DNA from: Steroidobacteraceae bacterium
Lineage (GTDB): Bacteria > Pseudomonadota > Gammaproteobacteria > Steroidobacterales > Steroidobacteraceae
DNA length: 64,000 bases
Assembly (NCBI GenBank): GCA_050738795.1
Contig: JBOIAD010000113.1
Span: 131-64,130 of the forward strand
Direction of reading: 5' to 3'
The first letter of the stretch is position 1. Each line of letters begins with the position of its first letter. The notes under the pieces were generated by a model. The model searched no databases and was not told the DNA's origin. It saw only the letters and a program-made list of their open reading frames with translations. The position numbers and the translations under genes are program-made. Below, one piece after another: positions 43,328 to 51,454 of this stretch.

Positions 43328-44259
43328 GCACGGCACACCGAGGCCTCGCAGATCTTCAGGATTGGCTGCGGACGCCGCTCGGCGATCCGCGCGGCTACAT
43401 TCAGCCGCACACGCTGTCGGAGCTTTGGTTTCACACCGGCACGGCCTGCAATCTGGCGTGTCCGTTCTGCCTCGAAGGCTCGAAGCCGGGCGATCGGCGC
43501 CTCGGCCGAGTCAGTTTCGTGGACGTGAAGCCCTTCATCGACGAGGGCGCGGCACTGGGCGTGAAACAGTTCTCGTTCACGGGCGGCGAGCCTTTCATCA
43601 TCAAGGATCTCGTGCGGATTCTCGACTACGCTCTCGAGCGCGCTCCGGCTCTTGTGTTGACGAACGGGGTGGATGCGCTCCCGAGACGCATCGGCAGACT
43701 CCTTCCTCTGCGAGCCAAGCCGCACAAGTTGAGCCTGCGGGTGAGTATCGACTATCCCCAGGCCGCGCGGCACGATGCCGGCAGGGGCTCCGGAAAATTC
43801 GCCGAGGCATGGCAAACTCTCAGGTTGCTGCACGAAGCAGGTTTCAGGGTCTCCGTCGCACGACAGATGGAAAAAGGAGAGGATCGCACGGCGACGCAGA
43901 GCGAATACCGCCGCCTCATGCGCGCGTACGGTCTCCCGGAGGAAACGAACATCGTCGCGTTTCCGGAATTCGGCGTGCCGGGCTCGCATGCGGATGTGCC
44001 GCATGTAACGCACTCGTGCATGACGACGTATCAGACCGAGGCGAGCCGGCGAGAATTCATGTGCGCGTACAGCAAAATGGTCATCAAGGAAAACGGCCAC
44101 ATGCGGGTGTACGCGTGTACGCTCGTTGATGACGATCCCGCCTACGATCAGGGCGGCAGCCTGCGCGACAGCCTCGGCAAACGTGTCATGTTGCGGCACC
44201 ATCGGTGCTTCAGTTGTTTCAAATACGGCGCGTCCTGCAGCGAGACCCAGGGCCATTGA
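43324..44259 (+). CDS. Radical SAM protein with Cys-rich C-terminal domain (distant ArsS / rSAM-selenodomain-like)
   Basis: CX3CX2C cluster: HTGTACNLACPFC. SAM-binding: FTGGEPF. C-terminal Cys-rich region: MCAYSKM...YACTLVDDD...HHRCFSCFKYGASCSE. Confidence 0.85.
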   Translation: MSTAHRGLADLQDWLRTPLGDPRGYIQPHTLSELWFHTGTACNLACPFCLEGSKPGDRRLGRVSFVDVKPFIDEGAALGVKQFSFTGGEPFIIKDLVRILDYALERAPALVLTNGVDALPRRIGRLLPLRAKPHKLSLRVSIDYPQAARHDAGRGSGKFAEAWQTLRLLHEAGFRVSVARQMEKGEDRTATQSEYRRLMRAYGLPEETNIVAFPEFGVPGSHADVPHVTHSCMTTYQTEASRREFMCAYSKMVIKENGHMRVYACTLVDDDPAYDQGGSLRDSLGKRVMLRHHRCFSCFKYGASCSETQGH

Positions 44260-44298
44260 CCCGCGCGGCCATTGACCCGCGCGGCCATTGACGCGCGC
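44251..44298. repeat. 16-bp tandem repeat x3 (GGCCATTGACCCGCGC)
   Basis: Units at 44251, 44267 and 44283; the third has one mismatch. The first unit contains the TGA stop of the radical SAM gene. The array fills the convergent gap up to the MTAP stop at 44301. Confidence 0.9.
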
Positions 44299-44300
44299 GG

Positions 44301-45146
44301 TCAGCCGGTGAGAAAACCCAGCAGCGCTCGCTGATCGGCGGTCATGCGCTCCCGCGGTGTAACGATCGCGGCCCGCAATGCCTGCCGGCAGGGACGCGAT
44401 TCATCTTCCACGTACTGACCGACAACCTGGGCGACGAGTCGCTGCACGCGCTCGAGACTGCTGCGGAACAGGCCGATGACCTGTTCCGCTGAAGCATGTT
44501 GCTGCGAGTCATCGAGCCAACAGTCGTAGTCGGTGGCGACGGCGATCGTGCAGTAGCCCAGCTGGGCTTCGCACGCCAGGAAGACCTCCGGCACATTGGT
44601 CATACCCACCAGGTCCGCGCCGGCGTTGCGCAGGAAGAAGCTTTCGGCCCGGGTGCCCAGTCGGGGCCCCTCGACACACGCGTAGGTCTGGTCCTCGTGG
44701 ATGGGCAATTCGAGGGACCGCGCGGTGCGTGCGATGAGTGCCGCGGTCATCCTGCACGTTGGTTGTGCCGTGGAGACGTGTGCGACGAGTCCCCTGCCGA
44801 AGAAAGTGGAAGCGCGCAGCCCTTTGGTGAAATCGATGTACTGCGAAGGGAGGGCGAGGTCGCCCGGGCGGACCTGCTCGCGAAGGCTGCCGACCGCCGA
44901 GACGCCGACGATGGTGCGCACGCCAAAGCTCTTGAGTGCCCAGATATTGCCGCGGTAGTTGATCTCGCTCGGCAGCAGATCGTGATGCAGCCCGTGGCGC
45001 GCGAGGAACGCGACATTTCGCCCCTGCAACACACCAAGCACGATGGGCGAGGATGGCGCGCCGAAGGGGGTAGTCACCTCGCGTACGTCCGTGACCTGTA
45101 GCTCATCCATCTGGTACAGGCCAGTTCCGCCTATGATGCCGATCAT
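44301..45146 (-). CDS. mtnP: S-methyl-5'-thioadenosine phosphorylase (PNP family 2)
   Basis: ATG 45146 (MIGIIGGTGLYQM). FLARHG; GVSAVGSL; MTNVPEVFLA. The track ORF is over-extended to 45317. Confidence 0.85.
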   Translation of the reverse strand: MIGIIGGTGLYQMDELQVTDVREVTTPFGAPSSPIVLGVLQGRNVAFLARHGLHHDLLPSEINYRGNIWALKSFGVRTIVGVSAVGSLREQVRPGDLALPSQYIDFTKGLRASTFFGRGLVAHVSTAQPTCRMTAALIARTARSLELPIHEDQTYACVEGPRLGTRAESFFLRNAGADLVGMTNVPEVFLACEAQLGYCTIAVATDYDCWLDDSQQHASAEQVIGLFRSSLERVQRLVAQVVGQYVEDESRPCRQALRAAIVTPRERMTADQRALLGFLTG

Positions 45147-45261
45147 CGGGTTGCTCCTGGCCGGGCGTTCGCGCGGGCAGCAATTGCGCGGGCGGCCTTC
45201 GACGCGGCAAGATGCCTCAATCGACGGCCCGACAACAAGTCGAAACAACGGACGAGCATCC

Positions 45262-46056
45262 ATGGAGCCTGCTGCTATCGCATCTCGTGGAGTATCGGTG
45301 TGGCCTGCCCGGCTCACCCGGGGAGGCCTGTGGACCCTGGGGGTCGGCCTGGCGCTGATGGGCGTGTCCGGACCCCTGAATCGCTATGCCCTCGTGGACT
45401 TCCGCCTGGCGCTGCTGGCCTTCGTCGCGGGGATTCTGGTAAGCGCCATCGGGACCCTGCTCACGATCGTGGGCGTAGTGGGGGCACGATGGCGCCAGGC
45501 GCACATTCCCGGGGTATTCGCCGGAGCCGGCATCGTGGTGGGTCTGATAGTGGTCGGATCCATGGTGCTGTGGATCGGCCGGGCGATGTCAGCACCGCCG
45601 ATTCACGAGATCAGCACCGATCTCGCCGATCCGCCCGCCTTCGTGGCGGTCAAGCCGCTGCGCAGCCAGGCGGGTGCTGTCAATCCCCCTGAATATGCAG
45701 GTCAAGTCAAGGGGCCGGGCGGTACCATCGATGTGCGCCGCTTGCAGCGCGAGCACTATCCTGACATTCAGCCGCTGCAGCTTGGCGTGCGGCCGGACGA
45801 GGCGCTCGGTCACGCCCGGCGCGTAGCGGAGGAGCTGGGATGGAAGATCGTTGCCTACGTGCCGGCGCAAGGCCGTCTCGAAGCCACCGACTCGACAGCC
45901 TTCTTCGGCTTCAAGGACGACGTGGTAGTGAGGGTCCGTCCAAGCGGCGCGGGTACGTTGCTGGACGTCCGATCCAAGTCGCGCGTTGGGCTGGGGGATG
46001 CCGGAACGAACGCAAAGCGCGTCAGGGCGTTCCTCAGACTGATGGGGAAGCGTTGA
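45262..46056 (+). CDS. DUF1499-domain membrane protein
   Basis: Three N-terminal TM helices, then a DUF1499-like C-terminus: ATDSTAFFGFKDDVVVRVRP...LDVRSKSRVGLGDAGTNAKRV. ATG 45262. Confidence 0.75.
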   Translation: MEPAAIASRGVSVWPARLTRGGLWTLGVGLALMGVSGPLNRYALVDFRLALLAFVAGILVSAIGTLLTIVGVVGARWRQAHIPGVFAGAGIVVGLIVVGSMVLWIGRAMSAPPIHEISTDLADPPAFVAVKPLRSQAGAVNPPEYAGQVKGPGGTIDVRRLQREHYPDIQPLQLGVRPDEALGHARRVAEELGWKIVAYVPAQGRLEATDSTAFFGFKDDVVVRVRPSGAGTLLDVRSKSRVGLGDAGTNAKRVRAFLRLMGKR

Positions 46057-46084
46057 GCCGCGCCCATACCCCCGTAGCCAGTAC

Positions 46085-47671
46085 ATGAACAAACCCGGCA
46101 TCGATCGCGTTTTCGAGCGGCGCCTGTCCGCACTGGTGAACAGCGGCCAGCCGCAGATCCTGCAAGGCGGCCGCAAAGGAGTCGAGAAGGAATCGCTGCG
46201 CGTGAGGCCCGACGGTATGCTGGCGAACACCCCGCATCCCCGCTCGCTGGGATCGGCACTCACCAGCGTTCACATCACGACGGACTATTCCGAGTCGCTG
46301 ATCGAGCTGGTCACGCCCGCCTTTACCGCGAGCTGGGAGCTGCTGCAATACCTGCTCGATCTGCACCAGTTCGTCTACCGGCACCTGGGCGAGGAGCTGC
46401 TGTGGGCGACGAGCATGCCCTGCGCCATCCAGCGCGACGAGGACATTCCGATCGCCGAGTATGGCAAGTCGCACATCGGGCGGATGAAGACCGTTTATCG
46501 GCGCGGGCTCGGGTTGCGCTACGGGAGGATGATGCAGGCCATCTCGGGCGTGCATTTCAACTATTCGTTCCCGATCCCCTTCTGGGAGCTCTACGCGGAT
46601 GTGCGCGAGTCGCGCGAGCGCGGCACGGACTTCATCTCGGCCAGCTATTTCGAGCTGCTGCGCAACTATCGGCGGTTTGGCTGGATCGTGCTGTATCTGT
46701 TCGGCGTGTCACCGGTGGTGTGCAAATCCTTCCTGAAAGGCCGCAGCTTCGAGCTCGCCGACCTGACGAGCGACACGGCCTATGAGCGCTACGCGACGAG
46801 CCTGCGGATGAGTGACCTCGGATACCGCAATCGTAACCAGGCGGACTTGCGCGTCTCGGTGAACAGTCTCGACGAATATGTGCGCGATCTGACACACGCG
46901 ATTACCACCGTACACCCTCCCTACCAGGCACTCGGCGTGCAGGATGCCGGCGGCGAATACCAACAGGTCAATGCCAACGTGCTGCAGATCGAGAACGAGT
47001 ATTACAGCTTCATCCGGCCCAAGCGGGTGGCGCGGTCAGGCGAGCGGCCGACCAAGGCGCTGCAGCGCGCCGGCGTCGAGTATGTCGAGGTGCGCGCGCT
47101 GGATGTGAGCGCCTTCGATCCCGTCGGCGTCAATCAGAACAAGTTGCGCTTCCTCGAAGCATTCCTGGCGCTGTGCCTGATGAAGGAGAGCCCGCCCATC
47201 GGCGACCTGGAGCAGAGCGCGCTCGATGAGAACCACGTGACCATCGCCAGGCGCGGGCGGGAGCCCGGACTCGAGCTTTGGCGTGAGGGGCGCATGGTAC
47301 CCATGCAGGCCTGGGCGCGGGAGCTGCTGGATTCGATGACGGGCATTTGCGAAGTCCTCGACCGGGACGATCCCTCCCGGCCCTACTCGCAGGCGCTCGC
47401 GATGCAGGCTGCCAAGCTGCAGAACGTGGCGCTCACACCGTCGGCGCGGCTCATGGCCGAGCTCGCCGAGAGCGGCGAGTCGTTCTTCGATCTCGCGCTG
47501 CGCATGTCGAAGACGCACAAGGCCTATTTCCTCGATCTGTATGCGCCCAACGAGGAGCGGCTCGCCGACTTTGCCGCGCAGGCGCGCGAGTCGCTGGCCA
47601 GGCAGGCCTCGATCGAGGCGGGCGACAAGGGCACCTACGAAGAATACCTGGCCAGGTATTTTGCGAACTGA
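46085..47671 (+). CDS. gshA: Glutamate--cysteine ligase
   Basis: Collinear with E. coli GshA: RGVEKESLRV...HPRSLGSALTSVHITTDYSESLIELVTP...ISGVHFNYS...YVEVRALD. Confidence 0.95.
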   Translation: MNKPGIDRVFERRLSALVNSGQPQILQGGRKGVEKESLRVRPDGMLANTPHPRSLGSALTSVHITTDYSESLIELVTPAFTASWELLQYLLDLHQFVYRHLGEELLWATSMPCAIQRDEDIPIAEYGKSHIGRMKTVYRRGLGLRYGRMMQAISGVHFNYSFPIPFWELYADVRESRERGTDFISASYFELLRNYRRFGWIVLYLFGVSPVVCKSFLKGRSFELADLTSDTAYERYATSLRMSDLGYRNRNQADLRVSVNSLDEYVRDLTHAITTVHPPYQALGVQDAGGEYQQVNANVLQIENEYYSFIRPKRVARSGERPTKALQRAGVEYVEVRALDVSAFDPVGVNQNKLRFLEAFLALCLMKESPPIGDLEQSALDENHVTIARRGREPGLELWREGRMVPMQAWARELLDSMTGICEVLDRDDPSRPYSQALAMQAAKLQNVALTPSARLMAELAESGESFFDLALRMSKTHKAYFLDLYAPNEERLADFAAQARESLARQASIEAGDKGTYEEYLARYFAN

Positions 47672-47728
47672 ACACGCGAGCGCCGGCGCGCCTTGCGTAC
47701 GCGCCGCGAAGACCCGATCCTTTCCACC

Positions 47729-48673
47729 ATGAATGCACTCTCCATCCGCGGGCTCACGAAGGTCTACAAGAATGGCGTACAGGCGCTCAAGAGCGTCGAT
47801 CTGGAGGTCGAGCAGGGAGATTTCTTTGCTCTGCTCGGTCCGAACGGCGCCGGCAAGACGACGCTCATCGGCATCGTGACCTCGCTCGTCAACAAGACGG
47901 GCGGGCAGGCGAGCGTCTTCGGCCACGACATCGATCGCGATCTCGAGGCGGCCAAGGCCTGCATCGGTGTCGTCCCGCAAGAGCTCAATTTCAACATGTT
48001 CGAGACTCCGCACACGATCGTCGTGAACCAGGCGGGCTTCTACGGCATTCCACGTCCCGTCGCGCGGGTGCGCGCGGAACGCTATCTGAAGCAGCTGCAG
48101 CTGTGGGACAAGCGGGACAAGATCTCGCGTGGCCTGTCCGGCGGCATGAAGCGGCGGCTGATGATCGCACGCGCACTCATGCACGAGCCGCGGCTGCTGA
48201 TTCTCGATGAGCCGACGGCCGGCGTTGACATCGAGATTCGCCGCTCCATGTGGGACTTCCTGCGCGAGATCAACGCGCGCGGCACGACAATCATCCTCAC
48301 GACGCACTATCTGGAGGAGGCGGAGACGCTCTGCCGGAACATCGCGATCATCGATGGAGGCCGCATCGTCGAGCGGGATCGGATGAGCAGCCTGCTGCGC
48401 CGGCTCAACACGGAAACCTTCGTGCTCAACCTGCGCAATGTGCTGGCGAGCCCGCCCGGGCTGCAGGGCTACCTCCTGAGGCTCATCGATGAACACACTC
48501 TGGAGGTGGAGATCTCCAGGGAACAGAACCTCAACGAGCTGTTCGCGCGGCTGTCGACGGCCGGTATCGAAGTGCTGAGCATGCGCAACAAGGTGAACCG
48601 GCTCGAGGAGATCTTCATGCGCCTGGTGGAAGGGCACGCGCCCGCTGCCATGCCGCGGGCAGGCCACTCCTGA
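47729..48673 (+). CDS. ABC transporter ATP-binding protein (ABC-2 type exporter)
   Basis: ATG 47729. Walker A: GPNGAGKTT. Signature: LSGGMKRRL. Walker B: LLILDEPT. Confidence 0.92.
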   Translation: MNALSIRGLTKVYKNGVQALKSVDLEVEQGDFFALLGPNGAGKTTLIGIVTSLVNKTGGQASVFGHDIDRDLEAAKACIGVVPQELNFNMFETPHTIVVNQAGFYGIPRPVARVRAERYLKQLQLWDKRDKISRGLSGGMKRRLMIARALMHEPRLLILDEPTAGVDIEIRRSMWDFLREINARGTTIILTTHYLEEAETLCRNIAIIDGGRIVERDRMSSLLRRLNTETFVLNLRNVLASPPGLQGYLLRLIDEHTLEVEISREQNLNELFARLSTAGIEVLSMRNKVNRLEEIFMRLVEGHAPAAMPRAGHS

Positions 48674-49485
48674 TGGACACGGCAGTCAACGATGCCAGCG
48701 CCCCACCGGTCGATCCGGGCGTCGTGCGCTGGATCGGGTTCAAGACCATCGTCATCCGCGAGTACGACCGCATCATCCGCATCTGGGGCCAGACGATCGT
48801 CCCGTCCGCGGTGACAGCGACCCTCTACTTCGTGATCTTCGGCAGCCTGATCGGACGGCGCGTCGGCACGATGGGCGGCTTCGACTACATGCAGTACATC
48901 GCCCCGGGCCTCATCATGATGTCGGTGATCACCAACTCGTACGCGAACGTCGTGTCGTCCTTCTTCGGCGCGAAATTCGGCAAGCACCTGGAAGAGATGC
49001 TGGTGTCACCGCTGCCGCCCTGGATCATCGTCACCGGCTATGCGGCGGGCGGCCTGGTCCGGGGAATGCTCGTCGGCAGCGCGGTCACGGCCGTGTCGCT
49101 CGCGTTCACGCACCTGCACGTGCATCACATCCTGATCATTCTCGCGGCGGTGGTCCTGACTTCCCTGACTTTCTCCCTCGGCGGATTCCTGAACGCGCTG
49201 TTCGCGAAGAATTTCGATCAGGTCAACTTCATCCCGGTGTTCGTGCTGACGCCGCTCACGTACTTCGGAGGCGTCTTCTACTCGGTCAGCCTGCTTCCGG
49301 GCTGGGCGCTGAAGCTGTCCTACATCAACCCCATCCTGTACATGGTCAATGCCTTCCGCTACGGCTTTCTGGGCGTCTCGGACGTGAACGTCGGCATCGC
49401 CTTCATGCTCATGCTCGCGGCGGCGTTGACGCTGTTCACCACCGCCGTGGTGATGATGCAACGCGGCACCGGAACGCGGGAATAG
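48673..49485 (+). CDS. ABC-2 type transporter permease
   Basis: Six-TM protein whose start abuts the stop of the ATPase gene. ABC-2 style hydrophobic profile. Confidence 0.88.
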   Translation: MDTAVNDASAPPVDPGVVRWIGFKTIVIREYDRIIRIWGQTIVPSAVTATLYFVIFGSLIGRRVGTMGGFDYMQYIAPGLIMMSVITNSYANVVSSFFGAKFGKHLEEMLVSPLPPWIIVTGYAAGGLVRGMLVGSAVTAVSLAFTHLHVHHILIILAAVVLTSLTFSLGGFLNALFAKNFDQVNFIPVFVLTPLTYFGGVFYSVSLLPGWALKLSYINPILYMVNAFRYGFLGVSDVNVGIAFMLMLAAALTLFTTAVVMMQRGTGTRE

Positions 49486-49514
49486 GCCATGGCGCGCTTC
49501 TGCGGGCGCAGCCC

Positions 49515-50408
49515 ATGAAAATCGCCTTGGTGACCGCACGTGCCGCACGTGGACTCGATGAGGACGAGCCTCCTCTTCGCCTGGCGCTGCAGGCGGCCGG
49601 TTGCGAGGCGGAGGCGGCCGAGTGGGACGATGTCCGGGTTGACTGGTCCTCATTCGACCTGGCGCTGCTGCGCTCGGCCTGGGACTACGCGGAGCGCCTG
49701 TCGGAATTCCTGGCGTGGGTCCAGAGCGCCTCGACGCTGACGCACGTGTTGAATCCGCTGCCCGTGGTGCGCTGGAACACGGACAAGCACTATCTTGCCC
49801 AACTTTCGAAAGCGGGCGTCGCGACGGTTCCCAGTACGTTCATGGAACCCGGCGAGGCGGCGGGGCGCGCTGTCGAGCAATTCCTGCGAGTGCACGCCAA
49901 TGCGCAGATCGTGGTCAAACCAGCGGTGGGCGCGGGATCGCGTGACACCCAGCGTCATCGGCGCGTGGAAGCAGGCGCCGCCGTGGCGCACGCTCAGCGA
50001 CTGCTCGACGCAAATCGCAGCGTGTTGCTGCAGCCGTATCTGAATCGGGTGGACGACGACGGCGAGACTGCTTTGATGTACTTCGAGGGCCGCTTCAGTC
50101 ACGCGGTCCGCAAGGGCCCGCTGTTACCTCCGGGCGGAGATGCCACGACCACGCTGTTCGCCGCGGAGACCATCACCCCGCGAACCCCTGGAGCGGATGA
50201 GCTTCGACTGGCCGACCAGGTGATGTCCGCAATTCCGTTCGACACACCGCTGTACGGGCGCATCGATCTCCTTCGGGACGACGATGGGACGCCGTGTCTG
50301 CTGGAGCTGGAATTGACCGAGCCGTCGCTGTTCTTCGGCCATGCAGCGGATTCGGCAGAGCGGTTCGCAGCGGCGATCCTTCGCTGGCACGCGCGCCTCG
50401 CGAAGTGA
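49515..50408 (+). CDS. ATP-grasp domain protein (RimK-like fold), function unknown
   Basis: MKIALVTARAARG...WNTDKHYLAQLSKAGVATVPS...IVVKPAVGAGSRD...LLQPYL...GRIDLL...LELELTEPSLF. Confidence 0.7.
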   Translation: MKIALVTARAARGLDEDEPPLRLALQAAGCEAEAAEWDDVRVDWSSFDLALLRSAWDYAERLSEFLAWVQSASTLTHVLNPLPVVRWNTDKHYLAQLSKAGVATVPSTFMEPGEAAGRAVEQFLRVHANAQIVVKPAVGAGSRDTQRHRRVEAGAAVAHAQRLLDANRSVLLQPYLNRVDDDGETALMYFEGRFSHAVRKGPLLPPGGDATTTLFAAETITPRTPGADELRLADQVMSAIPFDTPLYGRIDLLRDDDGTPCLLELELTEPSLFFGHAADSAERFAAAILRWHARLAK

Positions 50409-50625
50409 GCGGGCGCCGGACGGGACTCAAAGTTGCTGCTGACGGCGCGGACTTGCGTGTTGCGCTGGACCCCCGGATTCTGAGGCGCAACACACCAAAT
50501 CGCATCCAAGTCCCTGTCGCAACGAAACATTCACACTTGCGTCATGGATCTGACGTGCTGGCGATGAATGCTGAAGCGCTAGGAAACCACGGGCAGCGGC
50601 ACCGCCGTGGTTCGTAAGGGCTGAC

Positions 50626-51165
50626 ATGAAGTCGAGCGGTTTGAATGCGTTCATGGCGCGCATCGACGCGGTCGAATACGGCATCTGCCGTAAGCTCAAT
50701 CGTGGCGCATCGCTGACGCTTCCGCGGCGCACGTTCCAAATAGCCAGCCGCCTGGGTGATGGCATCGCCTGGTACGTGCTGCTTCTCGCGCTGCCGGTGC
50801 TCTATGGAGCTCCAGCGGTGAAACCTGCCATCATCATGGCGCTCACCGGCGCGCTGGGGGTCGCGCTGTACAAGCTGCTCAAGCGTGTTTTCGTTCGCGA
50901 GCGGCCGTTCATCACCCATTCTTCCATTGCGCTCGCCGGCTCGCCCCTGGATCGATACAGCTTCCCTTCAGGCCATACGCTGCATGCCGTGTCGTTTGCC
51001 TGGCAGGCCTCGATGCACTTCCCCGAACTGAGCTGGGTGCTCGTGCCTTTGGCTGCGCTCATCGCCAGCTCGCGCGTCGTCCTCGGATTGCATTATCCGA
51101 CCGACGTGCTGGTCGGTGCGGTCATCGGGGCGTCGCTCGCCGAGTTCGGCTTGTCTCTAACGTAA
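50626..51165 (+). CDS. PAP2 family phosphatase (membrane)
   Basis: PAP2 motifs: KRVFVRERP...SFPSGHT...SRVVLGLHYPTDV. Confidence 0.88.
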   Translation: MKSSGLNAFMARIDAVEYGICRKLNRGASLTLPRRTFQIASRLGDGIAWYVLLLALPVLYGAPAVKPAIIMALTGALGVALYKLLKRVFVRERPFITHSSIALAGSPLDRYSFPSGHTLHAVSFAWQASMHFPELSWVLVPLAALIASSRVVLGLHYPTDVLVGAVIGASLAEFGLSLT

Positions 51166-51454
51166 CCTGCGAAAAGACCTGGCAGAGCACGGCCGAGCTT
51201 ACGCGCGAACGTGGTCCTCCGCCGCAACGGCTCGACGTCTTGCCGACCTGTACGGGGGCTGCGGCCCGCTCTGGGATCGCAGACTGTGGCGGCCTGAGCA
51301 GGAGCGCCGCCCGTCGCCGGACAATCGTCGCACAGGCGCGACAGCGCTGGAAACGGCGGCGTTCTGCGCTACACTTTGAGGACGTCTGCCGGGCAGGAAG
51401 GCACGCCTTTGAGCCCGCCGGGTGCACAATCTGGGGGGGTGTTTGGAGCAGGGC

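Noticed and set aside
47036-48667. 543-aa minus-strand ORF opposite the gshA 3' end and the ABC ATPase gene
   Set aside because: The plus-strand genes have canonical GshA and Walker A / signature / Walker B motifs. This is an antisense shadow.
50440-50620. Hairpins GTGTTGCGC/GCGCAACAC and AACCACGG/CCGTGGTT between the ATP-grasp and PAP2 genes as terminators or an RNA element
   Set aside because: There are no U-tracts, the loops are long, and I found no repeat-family membership or promoter motif. Evidence is insufficient.
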